From: Minisyncoccota bacterium
Lineage (GTDB): Bacteria > Patescibacteriota > Minisyncoccia > UBA6257 > UBA9933
NCBI GenBank assembly: GCA_041653755.1
Contig: JBAZEU010000001.1
Location: forward strand, 65,398 to 129,397
DNA length: 64,000 nt
Direction of reading: 5' to 3'
In this document: positions 1 through 10,635 of the stretch, one piece after another
How the letters are laid out: every line of letters begins with the position of its first letter
How positions within the stretch are numbered: position 1 is the first letter of the stretch
Notes under the pieces: generated by a model
Seen by the model: only the letters and a program-made list of their open reading frames with translations
Database searches by the model: none
Told to the model about the DNA's origin: nothing
Made by a program: the position numbers and the translations under genes

Positions 1-1
1 G

Positions 2-925
2 ATGTATAAAATAAATGAAAATATATTAGTTACTGGAGCAGGCGGTTTCATCGGCTTACACTTGTCCGAACAATTAGTCAAAAACGGTCACACCGTTTTT
101 GGTTTGGCGCATTCTAAAATTGATAAGAATCTCAAGAATTTATCAGATGACAAAAGTTTTCATTTGATTAAAGGAGACGTCTGCGATTTTGATTTTATAA
201 ACAAGACATTAAAAGAAAATAAGATAAAGACAATTTTCCATTTAGCCGCCTTGTTGCCGGGGGTAGCTGATCTTGATAATCCATTCCCAGTATTTAATGT
301 TAATACTAACGGAACCTTAAATCTTTTGAGTGCTGCTTATAAAAATAACGTTGAAAGGTTTATTTATGCCTCGACGATGAGCGTTTATACAGAAATGCCG
401 GAAAATTTACCAGTTACTGAAAATCAACCGACGGTGCCATCGACCATTTACGGCATAAGCAAATTAACTGGCGAGCTCTTATGTGGCGCTTATTCCGGGA
501 AAATGGGGATAACAATTTTGCGTTACGGTGGAGCCTATGGCAAGAACCAGCATGAGACCAACGCTGTTTATAGGTTTATTGCTCAAGCGTTAAAGAATGA
601 GCCAATTACTATTTATGGTAGTGGTAAACAATCGACTGACTTTGTATATATAGATGATGTCGTTAACGGTTCCATATTGGCTGCAGAAAATAATATACAG
701 GTCATTTATAACATCGGTTCGGGCGAAGAAACGAGTATAAAAGAACTGGCGGAGAAGATCATTAAAATTACGGAATCTAAATCAAAAATAATTTTCGTCG
801 ATAAAGAAACCGACAGACCTTTCAGGTTTTTTCTGGATGTTAAAAAAGCGAAAGAAAAATTAGGATATTCTCCTCTTAGCCTAGAAAAGGGGTTAACCAA
901 ATATATTTCAATATTTAACAAATAA
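2..925 (+). CDS. NAD-dependent epimerase/dehydratase
   Basis: ILVTGAGGFIG Rossmann motif, HLAA, YGISK (YxxxK). Confidence 0.9.
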   Translation: MYKINENILVTGAGGFIGLHLSEQLVKNGHTVFGLAHSKIDKNLKNLSDDKSFHLIKGDVCDFDFINKTLKENKIKTIFHLAALLPGVADLDNPFPVFNVNTNGTLNLLSAAYKNNVERFIYASTMSVYTEMPENLPVTENQPTVPSTIYGISKLTGELLCGAYSGKMGITILRYGGAYGKNQHETNAVYRFIAQALKNEPITIYGSGKQSTDFVYIDDVVNGSILAAENNIQVIYNIGSGEETSIKELAEKIIKITESKSKIIFVDKETDRPFRFFLDVKKAKEKLGYSPLSLEKGLTKYISIFNK

Positions 926-930
926 AAAAT

Positions 931-1896
931 ATGACAAAAAAAATTAAATTAGCGTTGTTTTCTTTTTTCAAATCAACTTATAATGTTCTTAAAAAGACCC
1001 CGCTTAGAAAAATTCCGGGCATGCTTAATTTATCCAATGTTTTTTTCCGAGCGTTTTGGCCGATCGGGAACATCATCGATGTTCAGGGGATTAAAATGTA
1101 TATAAACGTCAACGATCCTAATCGGGCGCTTCGAGAAACATTTCAGGGATATGGCATGAATCTTATTCACGAAGAAACAACGACAAAGCTTTTTAAGGAT
1201 GTTGTACGTCCGGGAAATGTAGTAATTGATCTTGGTGCCAATATCGGGTATTTTACACTTCTTGCCGCCAAATTGGTCGGCGAAACTGGCAAGGTTTTTT
1301 CGTTTGAGCCGGAACCGTCAAATTTTTACTATCTCCAAAAAAATATTAAGATCAATGATTTTAATAATGCCGTTGCTTTTCAAAAAGCGGTTTCAAACAA
1401 AAATGGCGAGACCTCTTTATTCGTTTGCACTTATGATTCCGGACACCATACGATAAATCAATCCGGCGGCATTGAAGCATATAGGCACGGGAGAAGCGGG
1501 AGAACTAAAAAAATTTCCATTGAAACTGTGGCATTGGATGATTTCTTTGAAGGAAAAATAGACAGGGTTGATATTTTGAAAATAGACGTTGAGGGCGCTG
1601 AAGCCATAGCTATAGAGGGCATGGAAAAAATTCTTATGAATAACCGAAATATAAAAATTTTTCTGGAGTTTTTTCCGCTGCTGATAAATGAAATGGGAAA
1701 TTCTCCGAAAAAACTGATTAACGATCTGATTAACAAGTATCAATTTAGCATTTTTGTCATCGGCCACGATTACGATATGGAGAATTCTCAATCGTTATTG
1801 AATAGAATCAACAACTATGAGGAACTTGCGACGCTTATTAAAAATAAAGCGGATCACGTCAATCTCTATCTTATGCGCGAAACGAAATCAATTTAA
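931..1896 (+). CDS. FkbM-family methyltransferase
   Basis: VIDLGANIGYF, FEPEP, KIDVEGAE. Confidence 0.9.
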   Translation: MTKKIKLALFSFFKSTYNVLKKTPLRKIPGMLNLSNVFFRAFWPIGNIIDVQGIKMYINVNDPNRALRETFQGYGMNLIHEETTTKLFKDVVRPGNVVIDLGANIGYFTLLAAKLVGETGKVFSFEPEPSNFYYLQKNIKINDFNNAVAFQKAVSNKNGETSLFVCTYDSGHHTINQSGGIEAYRHGRSGRTKKISIETVALDDFFEGKIDRVDILKIDVEGAEAIAIEGMEKILMNNRNIKIFLEFFPLLINEMGNSPKKLINDLINKYQFSIFVIGHDYDMENSQSLLNRINNYEELATLIKNKADHVNLYLMRETKSI

Positions 1897-1898
1897 AC

Positions 1899-3194
1899 AT
1901 GAAAAAAGTTTTAGTTATCGGATATTTCCGGCCATATTTCCCTTTCGGTAGCGCACGTGTCCCTATGCTTGCTAAATCGTTGTCAAAGTTTGGTTGGCAT
2001 CCTATTATTCTTACCCCTTTTTTGAAACAGCCCCCAGCTGATAATCGTTTTCAAATTCTCCAAACGCCATATCCCGGAGATGTTTTTATGTTTTGGAGAA
2101 AATTTATTGGGCATTTTTTGACTGTCAAAGAAAAAGAAAGTTTTACTCAAACAATAAAAAGTAAGTTTAATGTCAAGACAAAAGAATCGTTTTTCGATAA
2201 ATTGGTAACATGGTATCAGGAAATTTTTGCTTATCCGAGCACAGAAAAAAAATGGTTTAAAGCTGCTCTGGCAACTGCCGAAAATTTTTTACTTACACAA
2301 AAAGTAGATGCAATTATCAGCGTATGGCCGATTGAAAGTCATCTTATTGCCGAAAAACTCAAAGAAAAATATATGATTCCTTGGATCGCTGATTTTCCAG
2401 ATTTATGGTCGGGAAACTCTGATTACCGCTTCGGTAAAATAAGAAAATGGTTCGATACGCGCCTTGAAAAAAAAGTTATTTACTCCGCCGATAAAATAAT
2501 TACTGTTTCTCCGCCGCTTACAAAACAGTTAACAAATTTGCATCATAAACCCGTCTCTATTATTTTGCATGGGTTTGATCCAGAAATTATCAATAATCCG
2601 CCGGCTACTTTGACAAAAAGTTTCACAATAAATTATTTTGGGACGTTATACGCCGGGAAACGTGATCCTAAAAATTTATTTATAGCAATTAAAGAACTTA
2701 TTAAGCGTGGTTTGATTGACCCTGAAAAAATTGAAATAAACTTTTATGGTCCAACACAATCATGGCTTCAATCAGAGATAACATCAAATAACTTAGTATC
2801 TATTGCGCATCAGCGTGGACCAGTTTCCAGAGAAGAATCTATCAAGCTTCAAAAAGAGTCACAAGTTTTATTTTTTATAGGTTGGGGTGATAAAACCTAT
2901 AAAGACGAAGGGAATTTTACCGGAAAAATCTTTGAATATTTTGCGGCACGTCGACCTATCCTTATGATAGGGGGGCCAGAAAACGAATTGATCAAGAAGC
3001 TAGTCGAAAAAACAGGCGCTGGAATTTCTGCGATTGAAGTTGAAGCAATAAAAACTGTGATACTCAAATTTTATTATGATTATAAGCAAACTGGAAGCGT
3101 CTGTTATGACGGGGATATTAAATTAGTAGATGAATTCAGTTATGAGGTAAGCGCTAAGAAAATAGTCGGGTTACTAGATGAGTTACAAGTTTAA
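1899..3194 (+). CDS. GT4-like glycosyltransferase
   Basis: PWIADFPDLW, HGFD, GKIFEYFAARRPIL. Confidence 0.8.
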   Translation: MKKVLVIGYFRPYFPFGSARVPMLAKSLSKFGWHPIILTPFLKQPPADNRFQILQTPYPGDVFMFWRKFIGHFLTVKEKESFTQTIKSKFNVKTKESFFDKLVTWYQEIFAYPSTEKKWFKAALATAENFLLTQKVDAIISVWPIESHLIAEKLKEKYMIPWIADFPDLWSGNSDYRFGKIRKWFDTRLEKKVIYSADKIITVSPPLTKQLTNLHHKPVSIILHGFDPEIINNPPATLTKSFTINYFGTLYAGKRDPKNLFIAIKELIKRGLIDPEKIEINFYGPTQSWLQSEITSNNLVSIAHQRGPVSREESIKLQKESQVLFFIGWGDKTYKDEGNFTGKIFEYFAARRPILMIGGPENELIKKLVEKTGAGISAIEVEAIKTVILKFYYDYKQTGSVCYDGDIKLVDEFSYEVSAKKIVGLLDELQV

Positions 3195-4304
3195 TTTGTG
3201 GACTATTGTTCCGATAATTCTTTCTGATGCTCCTCCATCATCGTACGGAATATGCTTGATAGCGGAAGGAGTTACGTTTGTTGCCCAATTAAGCGCTGCC
3301 ATAAGATTGGTACGATTTTTGAAATCAACCAATCTATTCGCACCACAGTCGATTGTACTTAAGTGCTCCGTGCTTTCTCTGAATGTTAAGATTGGGGTTT
3401 TAAGATAGGCCGCTTCTGCTTGAATGCCGCCAGAATCTGTCATTACCATTTTGCTCTCTAATATTAATTTAATCAGATCGAAATAAGCTAACGGTGGTAT
3501 GATTTTCAAACCTTTTATTTTATTAAAACGTTTTGATAATCCCATTTTTTTAATGTTTTGTTGGGTTCGAGGATGAACAGGGAAAACAATTGGAATCTTT
3601 TTAGTGACAAATGCTAAAGCTTTAGCAATACTAAGTAAACCCTTTTTTGAGTCAACATTTATTGGGCGATGCATTGTTATAACGGCAAATCTTTTTGGCG
3701 TTAAAGACAATTGATCAATAATCGTAGATTGTTTAATTTGGGGCAAGAAGATTTTCAAGTTGTCTATCATTGTATTCCCAACAACAAAAATTTTATTCTT
3801 TGGCAGATTTTCTTTCATCAGATTTATCACACCTGCTTTTTCGGTAACAAATAGAAAGTCGGAAATATGGTCGGTCAAAATACGATTAATTTCTTCTGGC
3901 ATTGAAATGTCGAAACTCCTTAAGCCCGCCTCAACATGTGCAATCTTAATTCCAATTTTTGACGCTGTAAGTGCAACAGCTAGAGTAGAGTTAACATCTC
4001 CGACCGTTAACACTAAATCAGGTTTTTCTTTCAATAAAATTTTTTCAAAACCCAGCATGGTTTGCGCAGTTTGTACCGCATGAGAACCATGGCCGATACC
4101 TAAATTATAGTCGGGCGTAGGAATGCCCAATGACTTTAAGAAAATGCCTGACATTTCATAATCGTAATGTTGGCCTGTGTGGACAAGAACCGGTTTTATA
4201 TTTGCATAATGCTTGTAAGCACGATAAAGCGGCGCTATTTTCATAAAATTAGGTCGTGCACCAACAACATTAATAATTTTTATCGAACGCTGATGAGTTT
4301 TCAT
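3183..4304 (-). CDS. wecB: Non-hydrolysing UDP-GlcNAc(-type) 2-epimerase, WecB/WbpI-like
   Basis: GARPNFMK, HTGQHYD, HVEAGLRS, PEEINR, TDSGGIQ. Confidence 0.9.
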   Translation of the reverse strand: MKTHQRSIKIINVVGARPNFMKIAPLYRAYKHYANIKPVLVHTGQHYDYEMSGIFLKSLGIPTPDYNLGIGHGSHAVQTAQTMLGFEKILLKEKPDLVLTVGDVNSTLAVALTASKIGIKIAHVEAGLRSFDISMPEEINRILTDHISDFLFVTEKAGVINLMKENLPKNKIFVVGNTMIDNLKIFLPQIKQSTIIDQLSLTPKRFAVITMHRPINVDSKKGLLSIAKALAFVTKKIPIVFPVHPRTQQNIKKMGLSKRFNKIKGLKIIPPLAYFDLIKLILESKMVMTDSGGIQAEAAYLKTPILTFRESTEHLSTIDCGANRLVDFKNRTNLMAALNWATNVTPSAIKHIPYDDGGASERIIGTIVHKLNL

Positions 4305-4520
4305 TATATTTTAGGATTCATTGCTAACAACATTTTATAATTATTACACAGAAAATAATGAAAAGCTATTGCCAGATAACCGAAATAATGTTCATTTTAT
4401 TGATTGAAAATTGTCACTTAATATGACTTTGGTATGATAATATTGGCATAAAGTATTGAAAAACGAGAGAAATTATTATATGTTGGTTTTTGGGCGTTGA
4501 AGAAATAATAAGACCATAAT

Positions 4521-5810
4521 ATGGCGAATACATTGCTTCAAAACATAAAAAATAAAAAGGCAACAGTTGCTGTTGTCGGTTTAGGATATGTCGGGATACC
4601 TACAATTTTGGCTCTGGTTGACGCTGGAATAAAAGTTATCGGTATAGATGTTAACAAAGAGAGAATCAAGCAGCTGAAAGCCGGAAGAAGTTTTATAAAG
4701 GAAATTTCTGATGAAAAAATAAAAAACTCTTTGAAAAGATTCACTCCGACAACAAAGTGGGGTGAAATTTCAAAAGCTAGGGTAATTTTGATCGCTGTTC
4801 CAACCCCTTTAGACAAAAACAAAGCTCCTGACACTTCTTTTATCAAATTAGCTTCTGAAAATATTGCTAAATACCTTAAAAGAGATTCTCTCGTTGTTTT
4901 AGAAAGCACTACTTATCCTGGGACAACCGAAGAAATCGTTTTGCCAATTTTGGAAAAATCAGGATTAAAGTCAAAAAAAGATTTTTATTTGGCTTTCGCT
5001 CCAGAAAGGGTTGATCCGGGAAATAAAAAATATACGCTATCAGACATTCCAAAAGTTATCGGAGGAATAGAAAAAAAATCAACAGAGGTTGCAGCTGCTT
5101 TTTATTCAACTTTCCTCAGGTCTGTTCATAAGGTTTCTTCGGCTCGCACGGCTGAAATGACAAAGCTTTTAGAAAACATTTTTCGCCTGGTAAATATTTC
5201 TCTTGTGAACGAACTAAAAATGATTTCTTCGAAAATGGATATTGATTTTTGGGAAGTTATAGAGGCGGCCAAAACTAAACCTTACGGGTTTATGCCTTTT
5301 TACCCCGGTCCGGGAGTTGGTGGGCATTGTATCCCTTTAGATCCCTTTTATCTTTCATGGAAAGCGCGTGAATATGACTTTTTTACCAGGTTTATTGATT
5401 TGGCCGGGGAAATAAATGATTTGATGCCGCATAATGTAATTACTACCATAAATTGGATGTTGAATAAGAACAAGAAATCGATTAAAGGTTCTAAAATTTT
5501 AATTCTTGGCGTTGCTTACAAGAAAGATATTGATGATCCGCGAGAATCAGCTGCTATGCCGATTATCTTAGATCTATTAAGAAAGGGGGCGAGAGTGTTC
5601 TATAATGATCCTCACATTGCCAAGATTAATATAAAGGGGAAGGTTTTTAAATCATCTCCTCTTACAAAATCATTGGTAAAAAGCGCTGATTGTGTAGTTA
5701 TATTAACGGACCATTCTGTTTATGACTACAGAATGATAGAAAAAAATGCTAAACTGATAGTTGATACCAGACACGCAATAAAGAAAAAAAGTCCTAAAAT
5801 ATTTAGCTAA
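4521..5810 (+). CDS. Nucleotide-sugar dehydrogenase, WbpA-like
   Basis: GLGYVG, ESTTYPGTT, PERVDPG, GPGVGGHCIP. Confidence 0.9.
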   Translation: MANTLLQNIKNKKATVAVVGLGYVGIPTILALVDAGIKVIGIDVNKERIKQLKAGRSFIKEISDEKIKNSLKRFTPTTKWGEISKARVILIAVPTPLDKNKAPDTSFIKLASENIAKYLKRDSLVVLESTTYPGTTEEIVLPILEKSGLKSKKDFYLAFAPERVDPGNKKYTLSDIPKVIGGIEKKSTEVAAAFYSTFLRSVHKVSSARTAEMTKLLENIFRLVNISLVNELKMISSKMDIDFWEVIEAAKTKPYGFMPFYPGPGVGGHCIPLDPFYLSWKAREYDFFTRFIDLAGEINDLMPHNVITTINWMLNKNKKSIKGSKILILGVAYKKDIDDPRESAAMPIILDLLRKGARVFYNDPHIAKINIKGKVFKSSPLTKSLVKSADCVVILTDHSVYDYRMIEKNAKLIVDTRHAIKKKSPKIFS

Positions 5811-5843
5811 ATTAAAAAGTGAAATTTAACTATAAATTATAAA

Positions 5844-6632
5844 ATGAAATTTTCAATAATAGGTACTGGTTTTATAATGCCTCGCCACGCGGAAGCCATT
5901 GATTCTATCGGCGGTAAAATTATTGATGTTGTAAATGAATATCAGGGGCAGGACGCATGGAGAGAAATGATAAAAAGCACTGAAGCAGATTATATTGTGA
6001 TTTTAACTCCGAACGATTTGCATATTCCTATGGCCATAGAAGCAGCAAAGGCTGGCAAAATAGTATTATGCGAGAAACCGCTCGGAATTAATACTAAACA
6101 AATAGAAGGGGTTATCGATCAACAAAATATATTTACTGTATTACAGTTAAGATATCATCCGTTAGTAAATAAATTAAAAGAAGAATTGAAGACAACTAAT
6201 GAAATTGAAATGGATATATCTGTTCATCGGGACGAAAAATATTACAAGGGTTGGAAAGGTCAAAGCGAACGATCGGGCGGGGTACTCCTTAATTTAGGCG
6301 TACACTACTTCGACTTATTATTATATTTATTCGGAGAGGCAAAGGAGGTAAAAATTTTAAGATTAGACGAGAAAACCGGGGAAGGCACAATAAAAGGAGA
6401 AAACTATTTTTGTAAATTTAGGGTTTCGACCGACGCGAAAAGGGATGAGCAAAGAAGAGTATTTAAGGTAAATGGCGAGAATACAAATTTTTCTTCCAAA
6501 GATAATCTTTCGTACGAAAATTTGCATAGAATGGTATATTGTGATTTAATAAAAGGGATAGGGATTACGCCGGCCGAAGCAATAAAATCTATTCGGCTAG
6601 TCGAACGATTGAAAGGAGGAAATGAATTATGA
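5844..6632 (+). CDS. Gfo/Idh/MocA oxidoreductase, WbpB-like
   Basis: GTGFIMPRH, TPNDLH, LCEKP, VLQLRYHP, WKG..SGG..N.GVHYFD. Confidence 0.85.
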   Translation: MKFSIIGTGFIMPRHAEAIDSIGGKIIDVVNEYQGQDAWREMIKSTEADYIVILTPNDLHIPMAIEAAKAGKIVLCEKPLGINTKQIEGVIDQQNIFTVLQLRYHPLVNKLKEELKTTNEIEMDISVHRDEKYYKGWKGQSERSGGVLLNLGVHYFDLLLYLFGEAKEVKILRLDEKTGEGTIKGENYFCKFRVSTDAKRDEQRRVFKVNGENTNFSSKDNLSYENLHRMVYCDLIKGIGITPAEAIKSIRLVERLKGGNEL

Positions 6633-7072
6633 ACCTTGCTGTGAAGATCGGGGAAGGAACAAAGATATATCAGTCAGAACTGAGTAATATCAGGGAGTGC
6701 GAGATTGGAGAGGATTGTGTCATTCACTCTAACGTTTGGATCGGGGATGGTGTAAAGATCGGGAATCGGGTTAAGATTCAAGCTTTCACTTTTATCCCGG
6801 AAGGCGTAACCATTGAAGATGATGTGTTTATCGGGCCCAGGGTGACATTCACCAACGATGCAAAGCTGATGATCAGGGGAAGAAAGTTCTGGGAGAAAAC
6901 ACTCGTCAAGAAAGGCGTCAAGCTTGGGGCTTCAGTAACGATTTTAGCCGGAGTAACGATTGGTGAAAATGCATTGATTGGAGCTGGTACTGTGATTACT
7001 AAAGATGTCCCAGCTAACGAAATATGGGTAGGAGCTAAAGCAAGTTTTTTAAAAAAAGTTGATCAATCTTAA
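6629..7072 (+). CDS. Hexapeptide-repeat N-acetyltransferase, WbpD-like
   Basis: Left-handed beta-helix repeats; GVTIEDDVFIGPRVTFTND. Confidence 0.9.
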   Translation: MNLAVKIGEGTKIYQSELSNIRECEIGEDCVIHSNVWIGDGVKIGNRVKIQAFTFIPEGVTIEDDVFIGPRVTFTNDAKLMIRGRKFWEKTLVKKGVKLGASVTILAGVTIGENALIGAGTVITKDVPANEIWVGAKASFLKKVDQS

Positions 7073-7119
7073 AGCTATAAAGGTTTGGCGGAACCTAAAA
7101 AACCGCCTTTTTCTTTATC

Positions 7120-8253
7120 ATGAGGAAAGGGATTTTTGGTGAAAATAGGATAAGTCTTCAATATAAAAAGATAAAGGATCAGATTAACAAAGCCATTTTT
7201 AAAACAATAAAGAGTGGCAGTTTTATTTTAGGAGAAGAGGTTAAAAAACTTGAAGAAAAAATAGCTGGTTTAACAGGAACAAAATATGCTATCGGAGTAA
7301 ATTCTGGGACAGATGCTTTGTTTTTATCTTTGAAAGCATTTGGCATAAAAAAAGGCGATGAAGTTATCACAACCCCTTTTTCTTTTATCGCTACTGCGGA
7401 AGCAATAGCAAACACCGGCGCAAAACCAGTTTTTGTTGATATTGATCCAAAAACTTTTAATATCAATGTTTTAAAGATCAAAGAGGCTATTACAAAGAGA
7501 ACGAAAGCTATTATCCCAGTTCACCTTTATGGCCAAATGGCCGGTATGAAAGAAATTCTAAAAATTGCCAAAAAACATAAACTTTTTGTCGTTGAAGATG
7601 CGGCTCAAGCAATTGGTGCGAAACAAAAAATAAACGGTAAGTGGAAAATGGCTGGTGGAGTTGGTCACATCGGTTGTTTTAGTTTTTTCCCGACTAAAAA
7701 TTTGGGTGCTTTTGGTGATGGTGGAATAATAACCACTAATGATAAAAATTTAGCTGAAAAAATAAAATTATTAAGAAATCATGGCGCTACCAAAAAATAT
7801 TACCATGAAGTTTTAGGAATCTCTTCGCGTCTTGATGAATTGCAAGCAGCTATAATTTTGGCAAAATTTCCTTGTTTGAAAGCATGGAATATTCGAAGGA
7901 ATAATATCGCTAAGTTTTATAACAAAAGTTTGAAAGGGATAGACGGCATAACAGTCCCAGAAACTCAAGAAGATAATTATCATATTTATCATCAATATAC
8001 GATTCGTACTAAGCACAGAGACGCGCTAAAAAACTTTTTGGAGAAAAACGGCGTGCCAACCGCTATCCACTATCCTATCCCTTTTAATCTTCAGCCGGTT
8101 TTTAACTATCTCGGCTACAAAAAGGGTTTTTTCTTGGAGGCAGAGAAAGCGGCTAAAGAAGTGCTTTCACTTCCAATTTACCCAGAATTAAATTCTAATG
8201 AACAAAATCAAGTCGTAGAAAAAATAAAACAGTATTTTAAAATAAATGGATAA
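7120..8253 (+). CDS. DegT/DnrJ aminotransferase, WbpE-like
   Basis: NSGTDAL, EDAAQAIGA, SFFPTKNLGAFGDGG; start uncertain. Confidence 0.9.
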   Translation: MRKGIFGENRISLQYKKIKDQINKAIFKTIKSGSFILGEEVKKLEEKIAGLTGTKYAIGVNSGTDALFLSLKAFGIKKGDEVITTPFSFIATAEAIANTGAKPVFVDIDPKTFNINVLKIKEAITKRTKAIIPVHLYGQMAGMKEILKIAKKHKLFVVEDAAQAIGAKQKINGKWKMAGGVGHIGCFSFFPTKNLGAFGDGGIITTNDKNLAEKIKLLRNHGATKKYYHEVLGISSRLDELQAAIILAKFPCLKAWNIRRNNIAKFYNKSLKGIDGITVPETQEDNYHIYHQYTIRTKHRDALKNFLEKNGVPTAIHYPIPFNLQPVFNYLGYKKGFFLEAEKAAKEVLSLPIYPELNSNEQNQVVEKIKQYFKING

Positions 8254-9247
8254 AAATAGCTTCCCGAAAGTCACCATTGTAATTCCTTGCCGGAACGAAG
8301 AAAGATTTATCAGAAAATGTCTGGATTCTTTGATAGGACAGGATTACCCGAAAGATAAATTAGAAATTTTTGTTTTGAATGGGATGAGCACTGACAAGAC
8401 AAAGCAAATCGTTGAAAAATATAGTGAAAAGTATTCTTTTATAAAAGCCTTTGATAACCCGAATAAAACTTCTTCTTATGCTTTAAATATCGGCCTCAAA
8501 CATTCTACCGGAGAACTATTCATGCATATGGGAGCGCATGCTACTTATCAAAATGATCATATCTCAAAATCGGTAAGATATTTGATTGAGTATGACGCTG
8601 ACAATGTCGGGGGGATTCTTCGAACTCTTCCTTCGGCAAATACCTTAATGGCAAAAGCTATCACCTTAGTTCTTTCTAACAAGTTTGGGACCGGGAACGC
8701 TTTCTTTAGGATCGGATCTGATAAACCAATCTGGGTGGATACGGTTTTTGGCGGTTGCTATAAAAAAGAAATGCTTGTGAGGGTTGGGGGATATAACGAA
8801 AAATTAGCTAGAAGTCAGGACATGGAGATGAACATGCGCCTGAAAAAAATCAGAGCGAAAACACTTTTAGTCCCGGATATTGTCAGTTGTTATTATCCAA
8901 AGCCAACTTTCAACTCATTTTTCAAACATAATATTTCAGATGGTATTTGGGCGGTTTATCCGATTAAATTCGGTGTAGCTGTTTTTAACGTAAGGCATTT
9001 AGCTCCGCTGGCATTTATTCTAATACTTGTCATCACCGCGATTTTGGGGGGATTCTTTAAGATATTCTTATGGTTTTTCGTTTTGGAATTGATTATTTAT
9101 TTTGGGATGTCTCTATTATTTTCTGCTAAAATAGCTGCTAAAGAAAAAAGATTAGCTTTAATTCCGTTTTTAGTAGCTGGTTTTTTCGCTAGACATTTTG
9201 GATATGGTATAGGATCGTTCGTTGGGCTAATAAAATTAATTTTTTAG
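8246..9247 (+). CDS. GT2 glycosyltransferase (ExoA-like)
   Basis: IVIPCRNEE, DTVFGGCY, GGYNE..RSQD, C-terminal TM helices. Confidence 0.85.
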   Translation: MDKNSFPKVTIVIPCRNEERFIRKCLDSLIGQDYPKDKLEIFVLNGMSTDKTKQIVEKYSEKYSFIKAFDNPNKTSSYALNIGLKHSTGELFMHMGAHATYQNDHISKSVRYLIEYDADNVGGILRTLPSANTLMAKAITLVLSNKFGTGNAFFRIGSDKPIWVDTVFGGCYKKEMLVRVGGYNEKLARSQDMEMNMRLKKIRAKTLLVPDIVSCYYPKPTFNSFFKHNISDGIWAVYPIKFGVAVFNVRHLAPLAFILILVITAILGGFFKIFLWFFVLELIIYFGMSLLFSAKIAAKEKRLALIPFLVAGFFARHFGYGIGSFVGLIKLIF

Positions 9248-9248
9248 C

Positions 9249-10037
9249 ATGGAGGAAAGAAAAAAAATAGAAATAGAACATTACGATGAGCTTGCCAAAG
9301 AATGGTACCAGCAGCATAAATCCGATAAAAATTGGCAAGCTGATATTGAGGAGTATGATGTTAATCTGTTTTTAAGCTACCAATATTTCCGAAAGTTAGT
9401 AGAAAGAAACATTAAGCCGGGGATGAGAGTGCTTGATTATGGGTGTGGCCACGGAATGCATACAATTCTTCCCGCTAAATTAGGCGCCGAGGTCTATGGT
9501 ATTGATGTTTCCGAAGAATCTTTAAAAATTGCCCGGCAAAGAGCAGAAAAAGAAAACGTTTCAGACAAAATGAAATTTTTAAATATGGACGGCGAAAATA
9601 TGAGTTTTGAAAATAATTTCTTTGACGTGATTATTGACGGAGGAACATTTTCTTCGATAGACATAAACAGGGCTTTTCCTGAAATAAAAAGGGTTTTAAG
9701 GCCTGGCGGATTTCTTATAGGTATTGAGACATTTGGCCATAACCCATTGGCCAATCTTAAACGTTGGTTCAACAAGAAAAATGGTTTTCGAACAGAATGG
9801 GCTGCTAGTCATATTTTTAAAAATAAAGATTTAAAAAACGTAAAAAACTATTTTAAAATTGTAGAAGTAAAATTCTTTCATTTTTTTTCAATATTTATTT
9901 TTCCTTTCAGAAAATTACCTGGCGGGAAACAGATATTTAAGATAATAGATAAAATTGATTTTGCGATTTTTATAAAAATTCCCTTAATTAAAAAGATGGC
10001 ATTTAAAATAGTTTTTATTTTTCAAAAGAATGATTAA
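9249..10037 (+). CDS. Class I SAM-dependent methyltransferase
   Basis: VLDYGCGHG, GIDVS, RVLRPGG. Confidence 0.9.
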   Translation: MEERKKIEIEHYDELAKEWYQQHKSDKNWQADIEEYDVNLFLSYQYFRKLVERNIKPGMRVLDYGCGHGMHTILPAKLGAEVYGIDVSEESLKIARQRAEKENVSDKMKFLNMDGENMSFENNFFDVIIDGGTFSSIDINRAFPEIKRVLRPGGFLIGIETFGHNPLANLKRWFNKKNGFRTEWAASHIFKNKDLKNVKNYFKIVEVKFFHFFSIFIFPFRKLPGGKQIFKIIDKIDFAIFIKIPLIKKMAFKIVFIFQKND

Positions 10038-10620
10038 ACGTTTATTCGACATAATTCTTTCCGGATTGGGGCTTTTGGTTTTGTCCCTGCCTTTTCTCGT
10101 TTTTGCTTTGATTATTAAAATCACTGCGCCCGGCCCGGTTTTTTACCGCGGCGAAAGAACTGGACTTCACGGAAAAATGTTCAAAATATTTAAGTTTAGA
10201 AGCATGATTGTTGACGCGGAAAAAACCGGTGTTGCTTCGACGTCGAAAGAGGATAATCGGGTGACAAAAATCGGCAAGTTTATGAGAAAAACCAAAATCG
10301 ATGAACTTCCCCAGCTTATCAATGTTTTTAAGGGCGATATGAGTTTTGTCGGTCCAAGACCGGAAGTGAAGAAATTCACCGATCTTTATACCGAGGAAGA
10401 AAAAGTTTTATTGAATATCAGGCCGGGGATTACTGATTATGCCTCTTTGTGGGATATTAATGAAGCAGAGGTTTTAGCGGGAAGCTCTGACCCGGATAAA
10501 GATTATCTTGAGAAAATCCGCCCGGAAAAAGTTCGGCTGCAACTAAAATATTACAAGGAAATGTCCCTTTGGACCGATATGAAAATCATTTTTCTGACGA
10601 TAAAAAATGTGATAATGTGA
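10030..10620 (+). CDS. Phosphoglycosyl (priming sugar) transferase, PglC-like
   Basis: KRLFDI, KFRSM, DELPQL, MSFVGPRPE, RPGIT. Confidence 0.92.
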   Translation: MIKRLFDIILSGLGLLVLSLPFLVFALIIKITAPGPVFYRGERTGLHGKMFKIFKFRSMIVDAEKTGVASTSKEDNRVTKIGKFMRKTKIDELPQLINVFKGDMSFVGPRPEVKKFTDLYTEEEKVLLNIRPGITDYASLWDINEAEVLAGSSDPDKDYLEKIRPEKVRLQLKYYKEMSLWTDMKIIFLTIKNVIM

Positions 10621-10635
10621 TATTAAGGAAATAAT